From Mobula hypostoma (lineage: Eukaryota), in the NCBI RefSeq assembly GCF_963921235.1, contig NC_086097.1, positions 30,258,001 through 30,322,000 of the forward strand: 64,000 nucleotides of DNA. The letters run 5' to 3'. A program made the translations under genes and the position numbers. Below, one piece after another: positions 61,035 to 64,000 of the stretch. Position 1 is the stretch's first letter. Every line of letters begins with the position of its first letter. The notes under the pieces are model-generated. The model saw nothing but the letters and a program-made list of their open reading frames with translations, was not told where the DNA came from and did no database searches.

Positions 61035-61650
61035 ATCAGATTCCCCCATCATCACCCCCCACCAGATTCCCCCGTCACCATCACCCACTAGATTCCCCCA
61101 TCACCACTACCCCCCACCAGATTTCCCCATCAACACCACCCACCAGATTTCCCCGTCACCACCACCCCCACCAGATTTCCCCGTCACCACCCCCACCAGA
61201 TTCCCCCATCACCACCACCCCCCACCAGATACACCCATCACCACCCCCACGAGATTCCCCCATCACCACCACCCTCCACCAGATCCCCCATCACCACCAC
61301 CACCCACCAGATCCCCCATCATCAACCCCCACCAGATCCCCCATCATCAACCCCCACCAGATTCCCCCATCATCAACCCACACCAGATCCCCCCATCACC
61401 ACCCCCACCAGATCCCCCATCACCACCCCCACCAGATTCCCCCATCATCAACCCCCACCAGATTCCCCCGTCACCACCACCCTCACCAGATTCCCCCGTC
61501 ACCACCACCCCCACGAGATTCCCCATCACTACCCCTCACCAGATTCTCCTGTCACCACCACCCTCACCAGATTCCCCCGTCACCACCACCCCCACGAGAT
61601 TCCCCATCACTACCCCTCACCAGATTCTCCTGTCACCACCACCCACTGGA
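61035..61650. repeat. C-rich minisatellite with 21-27-bp units
   Basis: Variants of ccaccagattcccccatcaccaccc. Confidence 0.95.
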
Positions 61651-61747
61651 ATTCCCCAAAGTGGGGTGTTGTAGACCAAAGGGATGTGAAGGAAAGTGGG
61701 ACTGAGAGCTGCACCTTCAGGAACGGCCCAGGCTTATACGAGTATAA

Positions 61748-62251
61748 AGCCTGATTTATACTTCTGCGTCAAATGGATGCCATAACCTATGCAAGTGGTC
61801 TACGCGCGTTGTGAGCATTTATACTTGTGCGTTGGTGTGTCTGCATCGCTCTGCGATTCAGGTACGTCGCACATGCACACACACCTACCCGTGCAAGGCT
61901 TCATGGTCATGGTAGTCTTTCTCGGGGTAAACAAGTTTAAAGGGAGCATCTTTTTTCGTAAAAGCGAAATGTGTCCTCCATAATTTCGGAGGTCTGTAAA
62001 GCTTTATGGAAAGCATTGCAGTGAGAGTTCCTTCCCTGCCCTTCAGTCGGCCAATGGGAAGCTGGAGGAAATGCGATGCTACCAAGCGGACCAATCACAG
62101 TTGTTGCGGTCTGCGTTGCAGCGACACATAGTTACATTTTGGGAGAGGTACGTGTCAGGCTACGGCGTAGGGATCCGCGTAGCCTCTGTGTAGGGTTCGT
62201 GGCAACACCGTACCTACGGCATCGATTTGATGCACAAGTATATATCAGCCT
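61748..62251. mobile_element. PIF/Harbinger-like MITE
   Basis: 23-bp imperfect terminal inverted repeats agcctgatttatacttctgcgtc / gatgcacaagtatatatcagcct, flanked by TAA and TTA. Confidence 0.7.
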
Positions 62252-62309
62252 TTAGCCGACTTGTACAAGTATAAGGTAAGGGGTGAGTATGACAGGTGGC
62301 TTCACATAA

Positions 62310-62975
62310 TTACATAAAATCATGAGGGGTATAGGTAATGAGTTTTGTCACAGTCTTTTCCCCAGGATAGAGGAGGCTAAAACCAGAGGAGCAAGGTTTA
62401 CAAGAGACCTGAGGGACAACATCTTCACACACAGGGTGGTAGGAATGTGGAACTGGCTGTCAGGGAAGGGTACAACCACAGAGGTATTTGGACATTTAGG
62501 GAAGGTTACAAAGCACCAAGTGTTGGCAGGTGGGGCAGGTGGGACTTGCCCAGGTAAACAACTTTGTCAGCATGGACCAAGAGGGCCAAAGGGCTCGGTT
62601 CCATCTGTGTCTGTGAGTAGGGTCAGAGAAGCTAAGGCAACTTAACTTGAAACAAGACGATAAGAGGCATAGATGAAGAAGAGAGTAGGAGACTCGTCCC
62701 AGAATGGAAATGGCTAATATAAGAAGGTATAATTTTAAGGTGATTGAAGGGAGGTATAGGGGGGTGTCAGAAGTGTTTTTTCTCACAGAGAATGGTGGGT
62801 GTCTGGAATGCCTTGCTGGTGGTGATGGTAGAGGTGGATCTGTTCAGTGTGTTTACCAGACTCTTAGACAGGCACGTGGATGATAGAAAAACGGAGATCT
62901 GTGTCGGAGGGAAGGGTCAGCCCAACATTGTGGCCAATGGCCTTGAACTGTGCTGTAATGCTCTATGTTCTAAAA
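62310..62975 (+). mobile_element. Two degraded CR1 3' fragments
   Basis: MRGI...LFPR...FTHRVVGMWN and FFSQRMVGVWNAL motifs. Confidence 0.7.
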
Positions 62976-63239
62976 TGGTATTAACACTGAAAATGGAAAC
63001 TACTGGAAAAATTCAGCAGATCAGGCAGTATTTGTGAGCAGAGAAACAGTCAGCATGGGGCCCTTCATTAGACAAGAAAAAGACAGAGGAAGAGGTTGAT
63101 TAGAAAAGTATGTTTCACCATGGAGTGCAGACAAAGGAAATGGTTATATTATTATGCTATGTCATGTACTGAAGTGTAACGCAATGTTCAAATTTCTTAG
63201 CTTCCTGTATACCTTTTATTAAGTTGTAGTGTGGGTGGT

Positions 63240-63715
63240 GCAGAGCATTCCGACTGGTTGCATCACCCCCAGGTATGGAGGCTCCAACGCACAGGATTGC
63301 TCGAGGCTGCAGAGGGTTGTCGACTCAGGCAGTTCCATCACAGGCACAACCCTCCCCCTCCCCGCCATCGAGGACATCTTACAAAGCCTCAGCATTACAT
63401 CCTTCCTCTTAAATTCTTATACAGTCTTCTCAAAATGAATGCGAATGTTGAGGGGTATCTCAGGAAGACGCTGTCCGTCACTAAGGATCCTCAACGTGCA
63501 GGACATGCCCTCCTCTCATTCCTACCGCCAGGGAGGAGGTACAGGAGCCTGACGACCCACAGCCCATGATTCAGGAGGAGATTCATTCCCTCCGCCATCA
63601 GATTTCTGAATGGACAATGGACATGGATCCTTTTATCTTGCACTCTTTATTTAATTTTGAAATTTATAGTCATTTTTATGTTGATGAATTGCACTGCTGT
63701 CACAAAACAGCAATC
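63240..63715 (+). mobile_element. Rex1-like 3' fragment
   Basis: LQRVVDS and KDPQRAGHALLSFLPPGRRYRSL motifs. Confidence 0.7.
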
Positions 63716-64000
63716 ATCAGGAATGGTAAGGAAGGGGGCAGGAGCCAGTATAAGAAGGTGGGGTGAGGGGGGGAGTTCAGGCTGACAGGTGATAGGTGAG
63801 ACCAGGTGAGGGGGAAGGTGGGTGGTGGAGGGGGGTGAAGCTGAGGGGTGGGGGCTGGGACTTTTCAGTTTACCTGGTCATAGAAACATAGAAACATAGA
63901 AAATAGGTGCAGGAGTAGGCCATTCGGCCCTTCGAGTCTGCACCACCATTTATTATGATCATGGCTGATCATGGCCATTGTGCCTTATTTTCTGCCTGCA

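Noticed and set aside
60844..61705. Pro/His-rich ORFs of 276 and 235 aa
   Set aside because: Artefacts of a stop-free C-rich minisatellite

Overview
Eukaryotic, vertebrate-type DNA. The repeat repertoire suggests a cartilaginous fish, probably a ray (inference). The window is mostly nested retroelements: many CR1 LINE copies (one full length with an ORF1 esterase), Rex1/Babar-like and RTE LINEs, tRNA-derived SINEs, two LTR-bounded Ty3/Gypsy elements with matching target-site duplications (TSDs), two solo LTRs, hAT, Harbinger and Tc1 DNA-transposon remnants, and several minisatellites. One of the Gypsy elements is Gmr1-like, with a SCAN-type Gag and integrase before RT. The only well-supported host gene is a GPR132/G2A-like GPCR with a single coding exon on the minus strand (59856-60890). 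The most notable observations are: (1) a short Penelope-like repeat family carrying a minimal type I hammerhead ribozyme; (2) one member of that family ends a TSD-flanked cassette containing an unrelated Gypsy fragment; (3) a -1 frameshift signal at a Gypsy gag-pol junction; (4) two independent MITE insertions at the same site of a satellite monomer; (5) low-confidence orphan exons on the minus strand. Boundaries of degraded repeats are approximate, and family names come from motif recognition rather than a database search.
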